This document shows, one piece after another, positions 1-8,796 of a stretch of 64,000 nucleotides of DNA. The stretch covers positions 33,867 to 97,866 of the forward strand of contig JAZQLD010000002.1 in NCBI GenBank assembly GCA_045542435.1, given 5' to 3'. Source of the DNA: Butyribacter sp. GTDB taxonomy: Bacteria; Bacillota; Clostridia; Lachnospirales; Lachnospiraceae. Below the pieces are notes generated by a model, which saw only the letters and a program-made list of their open reading frames with translations, was not told the DNA's origin and searched no databases. Positions within the stretch are counted from its first letter, which is position 1; every line of letters begins with the position of its first letter. The translations under genes were made by a program, and so were the position numbers.

Positions 1-6
1 TCCCGA

Positions 7-498
7 GCAACTTCCCATAATATTCATTATCAAAAACTTGCAGAAATGATTTTTCGTCAAAACACTATGTAAAGAAAAAGATTTTTGGCATTGCTTTTTT
101 GATGACAACACAGGTCTTTTGAAGGACTTTGCTTTCTATGCTTTCTACATGGCGTACCGCAGCAGCACTGTCTGAACAGGATGGATGAGAGATGCAGTTG
201 TCCTTCGCAGAACGCTTGCGCTGCAGGTGATAACGCAGCGGTGCATAATGTCTCGAAATACGAGACATAAGCACCGGCGTTATCAATGCCCTGCTTAAGG
301 AAAACTGCACTCCATCCATCTCTGTGAGTTTGCGGAGGCGGTACGTAATCACCAGTAGAAAGCAGAAAGCAATTAGTCCTTCTTAAGACCGTAGAAGTTG
401 CGAAAAAAAGCAATCCAAAAACTTTTTCTATTATTTAGTTGTCTTAATCGAAAAATCATTATTGTAAAATATACATAATGAATATTATGGGAAATTGC
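7..498. repeat. Long imperfect palindromic repeat, family A copy 1. The conserved core is about 44..460, and locus-specific inverted arms lie at 7..29 and 476..498.
   Basis: The core closely matches 4473..4895 (inverted), 23985..24402 and the centre of 49908..50166. The two halves are reverse complements, for example gcattgctttttt / aaaaaaagcaat and ggatggatgagag / ctccatccatc. The outer arms gcaacttcccataatattcattat and ataatgaatattatgggaaattgc are not found in the other copies. Confidence 0.85.
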
Positions 499-533
499 AT
501 CTTCTTTATTCGTGAGAAGTTTTGTTTCCATAA

Positions 534-830
534 ACAAAAAAACGCCTTTAAGTACATGTTCTTAAAGACCAGTATTTCCCGTGTTACCACTTTAATTCAT
601 CTACACCTCACGATGCAGACCTTATCCACTGCTCCCAGTCAAAGTTTACAGTGAGACGCTTTAACGGGCGCACCCGTCGTAGCCTAGCAGAATCCTCTGA
701 AATTCTGTGTCGGTACGCAGCTCCAAGACCATCTTCCATGCCACCGTCATACACCCTTTCTCAGCCACCGGGTTCTCTGTAATACACAATGTCATGTACT
801 CTTCTCTTCATTGCCTTTTGCTATTTTCCT
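534..830 (-). promoter_or_regulatory. T-box leader (tRNA-sensing riboswitch) with an intrinsic terminator at its 3' end.
   Basis: The minus strand reads cagagaacccggtggctgagaaaggg (AGAGA box and GNUGNGA-like stem I element) and cgcccgttaaagcg (F-box-like CCGTTA). It also reads aattaaagtggtaacacggg, close to the T-box consensus AANNNGGGTGGTACCGCG. This is followed by the hairpin ggtctttaag-aacatgt-acttaaaggc and then gttttttt. The specifier codon was not determined. Confidence 0.65.
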
Positions 831-932
831 ATTTTAGCCTCCTTGCCAGGATTTGTCAACCGCCTGCCACTCTAACAAAAAGAAAACCCTCCAACCAATT
901 TTTAAAGGGCTTTCTCTCATAAATCTCTTTTC

Positions 933-2585
933 TTATTCCCAAACCACTACATTACAGTCAACATACTTCTTATACTCTTCCACCTGCTCTGCAGGTACAT
1001 GCAGGGTAATCCCCGTCGGCAAAACTCCTTTTATGGTAGCACTGACGCCTCCACACTTCAGATACACATCTGTTATACTGCTACACTCCTGAAACCAGTA
1101 CGGTTTTCCTGCAAAACAAGTCCACTCTGGAGTCAGAGGTGTCTCGATTGTTAATGACTTCAGCTTCGGACAAAATCCCATTCTATCAGCATCCATTTCT
1201 GATATATTTCCTCTTATCACAACATTTTCCAGCTGAGTTTTCATGCTAATGTTCGGTATTGTATCCTCTTTTTCGATTCCATCAATTACAATGATTTCAA
1301 CATCTTTTGGAATGCCTGCATAGCTTGCAAATTCAATCTGTCCGATATTTTTTGCATAATAATATTTTGCCTTCACCAGAGAAAAGCACTCATCTAATAC
1401 CTTTATATTTTCTACTGTCAGGGTGGTAAATTCACAATCATAAAAAGCAAAAGGAGATATTTTACCCACATTTTGAACGCTGCACTCCGCCGCCTTATTA
1501 TTTTCAAATGCCTTTCCACTGATTACTTCCATATTTTTAATGGTTATTTTATTTAAATTACTATTGGCATATGCAATTCCAGAAATTCCTCGGATTATAT
1601 TCCCCTCGACTCCCTGAGTTCCATCTATCTCAAGCTCTCCTGCAACCTCTCCATAGGTTTCTAAAAGAAGTCCATTAATAATACAATAGTTTCCTATTTT
1701 TGCTTTTTCTAGAAATGGTGTCCCAGAAAATGCATTTTTTTCGATTTCATCAACCGCTCCCTCAAATATCACATTTTCTAATGCTTCACAACCGGTAAAT
1801 GCTTCTTCCCGAATCACTTCTGTTTTTTCCGGTATTACAATTTCATTTAACTGGGTGCATCCTTCAAAGCAGCGAGGACGAATCTCTTTTATCTGTTTGC
1901 TAAGTGTCACCTTCTTCAAGGCCTTACAATCTTCAAACGCAGAATCCCAAAGGTTCTCCATTTTGTCTGGTAATACGATTTCTTCCAAGCCAGAAGAAGA
2001 AAATGCACTGTGGGAAATAAAGTGCAAATTCTTTGGTAAAGTTATCTTCTTAAGCGAAGCGCAGTTGGCAAATACAGTGTCCCCAATACTAACCAAAGAG
2101 TTTCCTTTAAACTTCACTTTGGACAAATTAACACATCCTGCAAAAGCACCATCGCTAATCACTTTTATATTCTTTCCAATGGTAATGCTGGTCAGCTTTT
2201 TCCGTGAACTAAATTCGCTACCATCTACCTTCACTACCTTTTTTCCTTTAAATTTAGCTGGTATCACAACTTTTTTCTTCTTTAACTTTCCTGCGGAAAC
2301 TACCCATTCCTTCTTGGTTGTTACCTCTCCATCCTCATCCTTGGGATAGGTGTACACCAGCCCCTGGGAATCCTTTACTTTCTTTTGCTCTGATGATTTC
2401 TTTTTTTCTGATTTTTTCTTTGCAGACACCTTCTTCACTCCAGAATATGTGAGTTTCTCCTGAATCACATCACGACTCTGAATCTCTTTTGCTTCGGATT
2501 TTTTCACTCCATTTTTTACGGCTCCTACGTTGGCACACAGAGCCACCACTAAAATCCCTGTCAAAACTACTTTTACTTTTCTCAT
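933..2585 (-). CDS. Secreted or cell-surface leucine-rich-repeat protein (BspA-like LRR family).
   Basis: There is an N-terminal signal peptide (MRKVKVVLTGILVVALCANVGA) and a Lys-rich linker. Repeated units of the form I.IP..V..I...AF.GC..L..V then follow, which are typical of BspA-type LRRs. An RBS ggggaga lies upstream. Confidence 0.75.
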   Translation of the reverse strand: MRKVKVVLTGILVVALCANVGAVKNGVKKSEAKEIQSRDVIQEKLTYSGVKKVSAKKKSEKKKSSEQKKVKDSQGLVYTYPKDEDGEVTTKKEWVVSAGKLKKKKVVIPAKFKGKKVVKVDGSEFSSRKKLTSITIGKNIKVISDGAFAGCVNLSKVKFKGNSLVSIGDTVFANCASLKKITLPKNLHFISHSAFSSSGLEEIVLPDKMENLWDSAFEDCKALKKVTLSKQIKEIRPRCFEGCTQLNEIVIPEKTEVIREEAFTGCEALENVIFEGAVDEIEKNAFSGTPFLEKAKIGNYCIINGLLLETYGEVAGELEIDGTQGVEGNIIRGISGIAYANSNLNKITIKNMEVISGKAFENNKAAECSVQNVGKISPFAFYDCEFTTLTVENIKVLDECFSLVKAKYYYAKNIGQIEFASYAGIPKDVEIIVIDGIEKEDTIPNISMKTQLENVVIRGNISEMDADRMGFCPKLKSLTIETPLTPEWTCFAGKPYWFQECSSITDVYLKCGGVSATIKGVLPTGITLHVPAEQVEEYKKYVDCNVVVWE

Positions 2586-2808
2586 GGTATCTCCCCTTTT
2601 TATCCTTATTATAAATTAATAGCATTTTATAACGTCTTAAATTCATCTCCATCCCACATCTCTTTCTCTTCACCTATTTTGCAACTTTTGTATGGCAAAA
2701 ATATGGCATATCAGGAAATACATGGAATTTTTTATTACGATATTATTACAAAACAAAAGAGGAAACAAGATTTCTCTCATTTCCTCTTTAAATTTACATA
2801 TTCAATTC

Positions 2809-4182
2809 TTAACCCACAATACGACGTGCGCACGCTGGCTGATTATAATACATATTTGATGTGGTAATACCTGTACGGGAAGACTGTGCGTGAACAACTC
2901 TTCCGCCACCAATGTAAATTGCAACGTGTCCGATACGGCTGCCATGCTTATAGAAAATCAAATCTCCTGGCTGTACAGAGGATAAACTTACTGCTCGTCC
3001 ATATCCTGCCTGTGCAGCAGAGGAATGTGGAAGGCTGTATCCGTACTGAGCATAAATACTCATAACAAATCCTGAACAGTCCGCACCATTTGTAAGACTT
3101 GTACCGCCCCATCTATATGGATTTCCAACGAAGTTTAATGCATATTTTGCAATATCTGAACCAGTAGAACCGCTCGGTCTTGCGGAACTTCCATTGGAAG
3201 GTCTGCTGGAACTTGAGTTTGAACTTGAACTGCTGGAAGAACTGCTGCTTGAACTAGAACTTGAGCTTGAACTACTAGAATTTCTAGCTGCCTGTTCTGC
3301 TGCCAGCTGACGTAAACGCTCCTGCTCTGCCTCTCTTGCTCTTCTTCTTCTTGCTCTCTCTGCCTTCTCTTCTGCAATAGAAACAGCTTTCTTAAAACGA
3401 ACACGAAGGCTTACATATTCTTTCTTAACAAATCCCTTGGTATCTCCATCAATCTCAATCTTATACCAATTCTTTGTTTCATTTAATACATCATAGCTTT
3501 CATCCTCAGGGATCTGAGTCAGAATCGGACCATTCAAATCCTTTTCCTCACGGACATTCATGGTAACGACACCCTTCTTTACACGGATGTACTTCTGTCC
3601 AAAATCGTCCACTAGCTTCTTAGCATCATCACCAATAGCCAGATAACTCTTCTTAATATAACCTGTTACATTACCAGAAGAGATCTTTGCCCAGCCATTG
3701 TCAATCTTTATTACTTCTGCTACACAGCCTCTGTAAAGCTTACCTTTAATCTTGCTGGTAGTGTTTGGTTTCTTACGTACATTAACATAATCACTTGCAA
3801 TAGAAAGTGCTTTATGTTCGAAGTCAGTCACTAAGCCTCTATCTACACGCTTTGGCTCACTGCTCTCTTCCTTTTCCTCTGTCTTTTCGGAAGTTTCTTC
3901 CTGCTTACTATCACTGTCGTCTTCTGAAGTAGAAGTTTCCACCTCAATCTCTCTAACAGCAGAAGAGGTAGCACTTGTGGAATCTGTGGATATCACAGAA
4001 TCAATAATAGAATCCTCTTTTTCTGTTGCATACTTATCTAAGGAAAGAGAAATACCTGCCAGATTCAATTCGCGGCAAATCGTAGTTGCTGTTGGTGCTA
4101 CAAATGTTACGGCAAATCCTGCGGCTAACACTGCCGTCATGCTCAGACAGATTGTTTTCTTGTTTAAAAATCTCTTTAACAT
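2809..4182 (-). CDS. Cell-wall hydrolase with SH3b domains, a poly-Ser linker and a C-terminal NlpC/P60 endopeptidase domain.
   Basis: There is a signal or TM segment, then SH3b-like segments (YVNVRKKPNTTSKIKGKL, VTMNVREEKDLNGPIL) and a run of about 25 Ser. The C-terminus reads NPYRWGG...DCSGFV...GDLIFY...HVAIYIGGGRVVHA, which carries the NlpC/P60 Cys-His signature. Confidence 0.85.
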   Translation of the reverse strand: MLKRFLNKKTICLSMTAVLAAGFAVTFVAPTATTICRELNLAGISLSLDKYATEKEDSIIDSVISTDSTSATSSAVREIEVETSTSEDDSDSKQEETSEKTEEKEESSEPKRVDRGLVTDFEHKALSIASDYVNVRKKPNTTSKIKGKLYRGCVAEVIKIDNGWAKISSGNVTGYIKKSYLAIGDDAKKLVDDFGQKYIRVKKGVVTMNVREEKDLNGPILTQIPEDESYDVLNETKNWYKIEIDGDTKGFVKKEYVSLRVRFKKAVSIAEEKAERARRRRAREAEQERLRQLAAEQAARNSSSSSSSSSSSSSSSSSSSSNSSSSRPSNGSSARPSGSTGSDIAKYALNFVGNPYRWGGTSLTNGADCSGFVMSIYAQYGYSLPHSSAAQAGYGRAVSLSSVQPGDLIFYKHGSRIGHVAIYIGGGRVVHAQSSRTGITTSNMYYNQPACARRIVG

Positions 4183-4342
4183 AATTCGTTCCTTTCTGTA
4201 TAGTATTTCTATTCATAAATTGTATTTGTTACATAATTGTTACATTCTTTTAACAATTATAGAGAGGTCTTTCCAATTTGTCAATAGAAATTCCGTTGAC
4301 AAATTGTGTTAATTTCCCTCGATTTTATTTATCTTTTCCGTC

Positions 4343-4376
4343 AAAATGCCAAAATGGTGCATTTTCATGCACCATT
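4343..4376 (-). terminator. Candidate intrinsic terminator downstream of the DHHW/MBOAT operon and of repeat copy A2.
   Basis: A perfect 10-bp stem aatggtgcat / atgcaccatt has a 4-nt loop. On the minus strand it is followed by ttttggcatttt. Confidence 0.5.
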
Positions 4377-4409
4377 TCATCCTTTCTACTTCCGTAGACC
4401 TGTATTTAT

Positions 4410-4959
4410 TAACTCAAACTTCACACACTTAAAATTCAACCAACTTCTCACAATATCAATTATATATATTTCGAAAAATGATTTTTCGCCTAAAAAGCAA
4501 ATATAGAGAAAAAGTTTTTTCATTGCTTTTCCTTGCAACTTCTACGGTCTTAAGAAGGACTACTCGCTTTCTGCTTTCTACTGGTAATTACGCAACCGCC
4601 TTCGCAAACTCACAGAAATGGATGGAGTGCAGTTTTTCCTACGCACGAGCGTTGCTGACGTCGGTGCTTATGTTTCGTATTTCGAAACATTATGCACCGT
4701 TACGCCAGCTCCCGGAGCGCAAGCGTTCTGCGTAGGAAAACTGCAGCTCTCATCCATCCTGTTCAAACAGTGCTACGGCGGTGCGACATGTAGAAAGCTT
4801 AGAAAGCGAAGTCCTTCAAAAGACCTGTGTTGTCTTCGAAAAAGCAATGCTAAAAATTTTTCTCTACATAGTACAAATTGCCGAAAAATCATTTTGCAAA
4901 TTCTGCTAATTGATATTGTGAGAAGATATTCCAATTTCAAGTGTGTGAAATTTGAGTTA
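4410..4959. repeat. Long imperfect palindromic repeat, family A copy 2, inverted relative to copies 1 and 3. Locus-specific inverted arms of 53 bp flank the core.
   Basis: The core at 4473..4895 is shared with the other copies. The outer arm 4410..4462 (taactcaaacttcacacacttaaaattcaaccaacttctcacaatatcaatta) is the reverse complement of 4907..4959 at about 46 of 53 positions. It is absent from the other copies. The element ends 5 nt from the stop codon of the 4965..6089 gene. Confidence 0.9.
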
Positions 4960-4964
4960 CTGCA

Positions 4965-6089
4965 TTAACGTATGACTCCGCTTAGGTTTTCGTCCTGGGC
5001 AAAGTTACTCATTTCATATAATACTAGCACTTCCTCCGCCTGATACTCCTCTGCCATCTCCTGCACAGACCCTTTATAATAACGCATATCCAGCATTTTT
5101 ATCTGACTGTACTCCTCCAGTAGAAATGGCACCATGCTATTAGCGAAGGAATCCTTAATAATTAACAATCGCTTCTGAGATGAAGCATTTTCATTAATAA
5201 TATCTACTTCGCCATAGTTACCGCCGAAGAAATACGCATATTGATCCTTCTCTTCCAGCTTGGCAATATCATAAATGCTTTCTTTTTCTCTTCCATCGCA
5301 GTAGACTTTTACCGGTGGCAGTTCCATAGGAGCATCAATTTCATCCGGTATGGCAGAGCGGTCCAATGCCTTAGAATATAAAGTACCATAAAAGGAATTG
5401 CTTACAGCCTTCACTCCATACTCTTCATAGCTTTCTCCATTGCTTCCTACACTTTCATAATAATTCATAGCCCCTGTATAGGCTCCATACAGACTCCAGT
5501 GGTGATCTGTTTTGTAATAAATCTGTCTCTTTTTACTTATTTCCTGAAATTCCTCCCGCAAATCAATAAAATTCACGTCCTCCAGTAAGTCCTGTGCTTC
5601 CTGATACATTTCATCTGAATCGTACAATGTCCCATGCTTTGGCAAATACTCCTCAAGTATGGTTCCTGGCGAAGGCACCAGCATCAGAGAAACCTCTGAC
5701 TCCTGCTGGCTTGCTGCCAGATAATTCACAAATCGTAGATTCTGAAAATAGTTTGTCTGAGAAATATCCTGATTCATTATTTTTTCAAAGTAATAATTTT
5801 CTTTTCCAATATATACTCCACCGATATCTTTATGTCCCAATGCTTTCTTAACACTGGTGGCACTCTGAGTCCACAAATCTCTTTGGATAAATTGGTCATT
5901 AAATGCATTTGTCATATCTTCCTGCCAGTCCCCAGATACAAAATCAGACCAGCTAAAGCTTGGAAACTGGGTTAAATACCGATTTTCATTGGCAGAAAAT
6001 TCCCGTTTGCCAAAAGCCACTGCCGAAACTCCTCCCGCAGTCAGCAAGGCAAGTATCCCGATAAAAAATACCAGATATATTTTCTTCAC
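4965..6089 (-). CDS. DHHW-family protein (AlgX/AlgJ-like SGNH-type accessory protein of an MBOAT O-acyltransferase).
   Basis: It has an N-terminal TM anchor and a YKTDHHWSLYGAY motif. It starts at GTG behind the RBS gaggagg and lies directly downstream of the MBOAT gene. Confidence 0.75.
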   Translation of the reverse strand: MKKIYLVFFIGILALLTAGGVSAVAFGKREFSANENRYLTQFPSFSWSDFVSGDWQEDMTNAFNDQFIQRDLWTQSATSVKKALGHKDIGGVYIGKENYYFEKIMNQDISQTNYFQNLRFVNYLAASQQESEVSLMLVPSPGTILEEYLPKHGTLYDSDEMYQEAQDLLEDVNFIDLREEFQEISKKRQIYYKTDHHWSLYGAYTGAMNYYESVGSNGESYEEYGVKAVSNSFYGTLYSKALDRSAIPDEIDAPMELPPVKVYCDGREKESIYDIAKLEEKDQYAYFFGGNYGEVDIINENASSQKRLLIIKDSFANSMVPFLLEEYSQIKMLDMRYYKGSVQEMAEEYQAEEVLVLYEMSNFAQDENLSGVIR

Positions 6090-6128
6090 GGCGTCCTCCT
6101 CTCTTCCATTTTTGCATGATTTCCCTTT

Positions 6129-7577
6129 CTAAAAACGGAAATACAAGAATGGATTGTAACTACCACTTACCAAAAATGCCATACAAACCAATAAAATTAC
6201 AAAAGTATACACGGCCATTAATCCAAAAGATAATTTCTCTTCTACGGTAGAAGCTTCGGATTTCTTTAATGAAGCTGCCAGTTTTTTGCAAAGCATTCCT
6301 GCCACCTTCTTTGGCAGTTCCAGACTTGCCAGCACCAGCACAATCAGGAAAATTCCATAACCACACCAGTAGTACACCGAAATATCATTGCTCCATGCTG
6401 CCCCTACACCAAACATCGTCTTCATATACCGTATTAACAGCTCCATATTATCACAGGCAAAAATAGCCCAGCCTATGACAATAAGCACTGCCGCGTAGAG
6501 ATGTTTTCCTACACTGTGCCAGTTTTCCATCTCTTTTAATAGGTATAATTTTTCAATCAATAGAATAACAAAGAAATACAATCCCCATAATATAAAGTTC
6601 CAACCGGCGCCATGCCATAGTCCTGTCAGAAACCAGACTACCAGCATATTGAATATGTGGCGAAGGATTCCCTGGCGGTTTCCACCCAATGGAATGTATA
6701 AATATTCTCTAAACCAGACTCCAAGGGTAATGTGCCAACGTCTCCAAAATTCTGTAATACTTTTCGACTGATATGGATATCTAAAATTCTCTGGGAAATG
6801 AAAACCAAACATTTTTCCCAAACCAATTGCCATATCCGAATATCCAGAGAAATCAAAGTAAATCTGGAAGGTATATGCCAAAGCTCCCAGCCAGGCAGCG
6901 GATACCGTCAGATCATCCTGTGGAAGACTGGAAATTTCCGTCCAAAGCAGTCCAATCTGATTGGCAAAGATAACCTTCTTTCCCAAACCAATCAAAAATC
7001 GCTGCATGCCCTCTGCGCATTCCTTTGCCTTCACCTTACGTCCTGAAATATCTTTTTCTACGTCACAGTAGCGCACAATTGGTCCTGCAATAAGCTGTGG
7101 AAATAAGCACACATACATTCCAAAATTAATAATATTTTTCTGGGCTGGCACTTGATGACGATATACGTCAATGGTATAAGACAGGGTCTGGAAGGTATAA
7201 AATGAAATTCCAATTGGAAGAGCCAGCTCCAGAAGTTCTATTCCGCTTCCAGTAAACTGGTTAATACTTTCCAGCAAGAAGTCCGTGTATTTAAAGAAAC
7301 ACATAATTCCCAGATTAATTGCTACGGAAAGTACCAGAACTATCTTTCTCCCTTTCCTGTTTCCCTTGGTGTCCAGATATTCCAGCATCCGCCCATTACA
7401 ATAGTCAAATACTGTAGAAAAAAGCATGATGCCTATGTACTTTGGCTCTCCCCATGCATAAAAAAATAAGCTTGCTATGAGCAAAAAGAAATTGCGGAAT
7501 CGACCTGGGCAAAGATAATAAATTATCAATACCAGAGGAAGAAATCCGCAAAGAAAAACCATACTGCTAAAAACCAT
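6129..7577 (-). CDS. MBOAT-family membrane-bound O-acyltransferase (AlgI/DltB/PatA-like).
   Basis: It is a 482-aa polytopic protein. The N-terminus MVFSSMVFLCGFLPL and the internal segments FWRRWHITL and WHGAGWNF (conserved His) are typical of MBOAT proteins. Confidence 0.85.
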   Translation of the reverse strand: MVFSSMVFLCGFLPLVLIIYYLCPGRFRNFFLLIASLFFYAWGEPKYIGIMLFSTVFDYCNGRMLEYLDTKGNRKGRKIVLVLSVAINLGIMCFFKYTDFLLESINQFTGSGIELLELALPIGISFYTFQTLSYTIDVYRHQVPAQKNIINFGMYVCLFPQLIAGPIVRYCDVEKDISGRKVKAKECAEGMQRFLIGLGKKVIFANQIGLLWTEISSLPQDDLTVSAAWLGALAYTFQIYFDFSGYSDMAIGLGKMFGFHFPENFRYPYQSKSITEFWRRWHITLGVWFREYLYIPLGGNRQGILRHIFNMLVVWFLTGLWHGAGWNFILWGLYFFVILLIEKLYLLKEMENWHSVGKHLYAAVLIVIGWAIFACDNMELLIRYMKTMFGVGAAWSNDISVYYWCGYGIFLIVLVLASLELPKKVAGMLCKKLAASLKKSEASTVEEKLSFGLMAVYTFVILLVCMAFLVSGSYNPFLYFRF

Positions 7578-7631
7578 ATTCAGCCTCCATGCTATGACCC
7601 GTTAAAAATATAAAAAGCTTACCAGCACAGA

Positions 7632-8777
7632 CTATTGAATCTGTGCCAGCTTTCCAATTAAATACGCATTTCTTGTCATAGATATATTGTTTATAAAAAC
7701 CACATCCTGTACTTTATTCTTCTTTACAAAGTTCTTGATACTTCCTTTCCAGTAACGGTAGTCTACTACATATACCTTCTGATAATGATCTGCCAGATAT
7801 GGCACAAAGGCATTTCCATAGGACTCCTTAACTACCAGACAGGAGGAACCATCTTTTTTCTTTTTATTACGTACCACAGTATAATGATTATCTCCTGCTA
7901 AAAAAGCACAATATTTTAACTGGGTACTATAATTAGTTCCATCACAAATCACGGATGCATTATATTTTCCACCATTTTCATGGTGATAAGTCATACTAAT
8001 TTTTTTATTGTTCACTGGATAATACGCTTTTACCTTATCCTTTTTCAAAGCTTTGCTTTTATTGGTATCTGTATAAAAGCTTCCTAAATATCCACCAAAA
8101 GTCTTTGTCTTATAATCTGAAAGCTCATTTGCCTCTATGCCTTTCGCTTGGCAAAACTGCTGGTAAGCATAGTAAGCACCCTTGCTGGTCCAATGATGGT
8201 CGGTACGGAAATAAATATACTCTGTACGATGCTGCATCAATGTATCATAAAGTGAAACCCCTGTTACATTTTTATTCAGGTTCTTATACATAGACTTAAT
8301 GGCTTTATTCTGATTGGAAGAATTTACTTTATCCGCCTTATTATCTGGAAGGGTAATTCCTACACTGGTAGGTACAATAATGTCATAAACATCTGCCTTA
8401 CCCTTTAGAGCATTTGCGGTTCGATTCACTACAGAGGTATATTTCTTTCCAAGACTTTCTACATAACTGTAGAGTTCATAACCAGATTCTCCAATCTGAA
8501 TGGTTCCTCCAAAGGTTTTAATCTTCGCCTTAGAGGTAATCTTTTCATAAGAATACTTCTTACCTTTCTTTCCGTCCTTCTCCTCTGTCTCCTGGGAGTC
8601 CTCAGAATCACCTTTGCTGGTATCCGGCTCCGAAGAAGGGGCTTGGGTGGCCTCTGTGGCAAATACAATCTCATTTACACCCCGGGATGAATCCGCATTA
8701 TCTTTATTCTTATCTCCACACGCCACACATAGCATACAACTAGTAAGCACGGCGCAAAGTGCTACTCTTTTTCTCAT
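7632..8777 (-). CDS. DHHW-family lipoprotein, a second paralogue in the operon.
   Basis: It has a lipobox-like signal (LCVAC-G) and the motif FRTDHHWTSKGAYYAY. It lies adjacent to the MBOAT gene. Confidence 0.75.
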   Translation of the reverse strand: MRKRVALCAVLTSCMLCVACGDKNKDNADSSRGVNEIVFATEATQAPSSEPDTSKGDSEDSQETEEKDGKKGKKYSYEKITSKAKIKTFGGTIQIGESGYELYSYVESLGKKYTSVVNRTANALKGKADVYDIIVPTSVGITLPDNKADKVNSSNQNKAIKSMYKNLNKNVTGVSLYDTLMQHRTEYIYFRTDHHWTSKGAYYAYQQFCQAKGIEANELSDYKTKTFGGYLGSFYTDTNKSKALKKDKVKAYYPVNNKKISMTYHHENGGKYNASVICDGTNYSTQLKYCAFLAGDNHYTVVRNKKKKDGSSCLVVKESYGNAFVPYLADHYQKVYVVDYRYWKGSIKNFVKKNKVQDVVFINNISMTRNAYLIGKLAQIQ

Positions 8778-8796
8778 TTGGCTGCCTTCTCTCTTG

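Noticed and set aside
57-413. ORFs lying inside the palindromic repeats: 57..413, 65..352, 4478..4735, 4618..4968, 23999..24235, 24145..24444, 49865..50149, 49894..50181, 32149..32586 and 34518..34715.
   Set aside because: They occur on both strands of the same repeat and lack RBSs. Their similar 'proteins' (for example ...LMSRISRHYAPLR...) simply reflect translation of a repeated palindromic DNA sequence. They have no coding-like features.
7-498. The repeats considered as IS elements, classical MITEs or a CRISPR array.
   Set aside because: No transposase ORF is present and no direct target-site duplication is visible. There is no regular array of short repeats and spacers. They are reported as repeats of unknown mechanism instead.
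370-527. A minus-strand ORF starting at the ATG at 527, immediately after the T-box terminator (METKLLTNKEDAISHNIHY...).
   Set aside because: It has no RBS and runs into the repeat core, terminating there. It may be a remnant of a disrupted gene, but it cannot be supported as a CDS.
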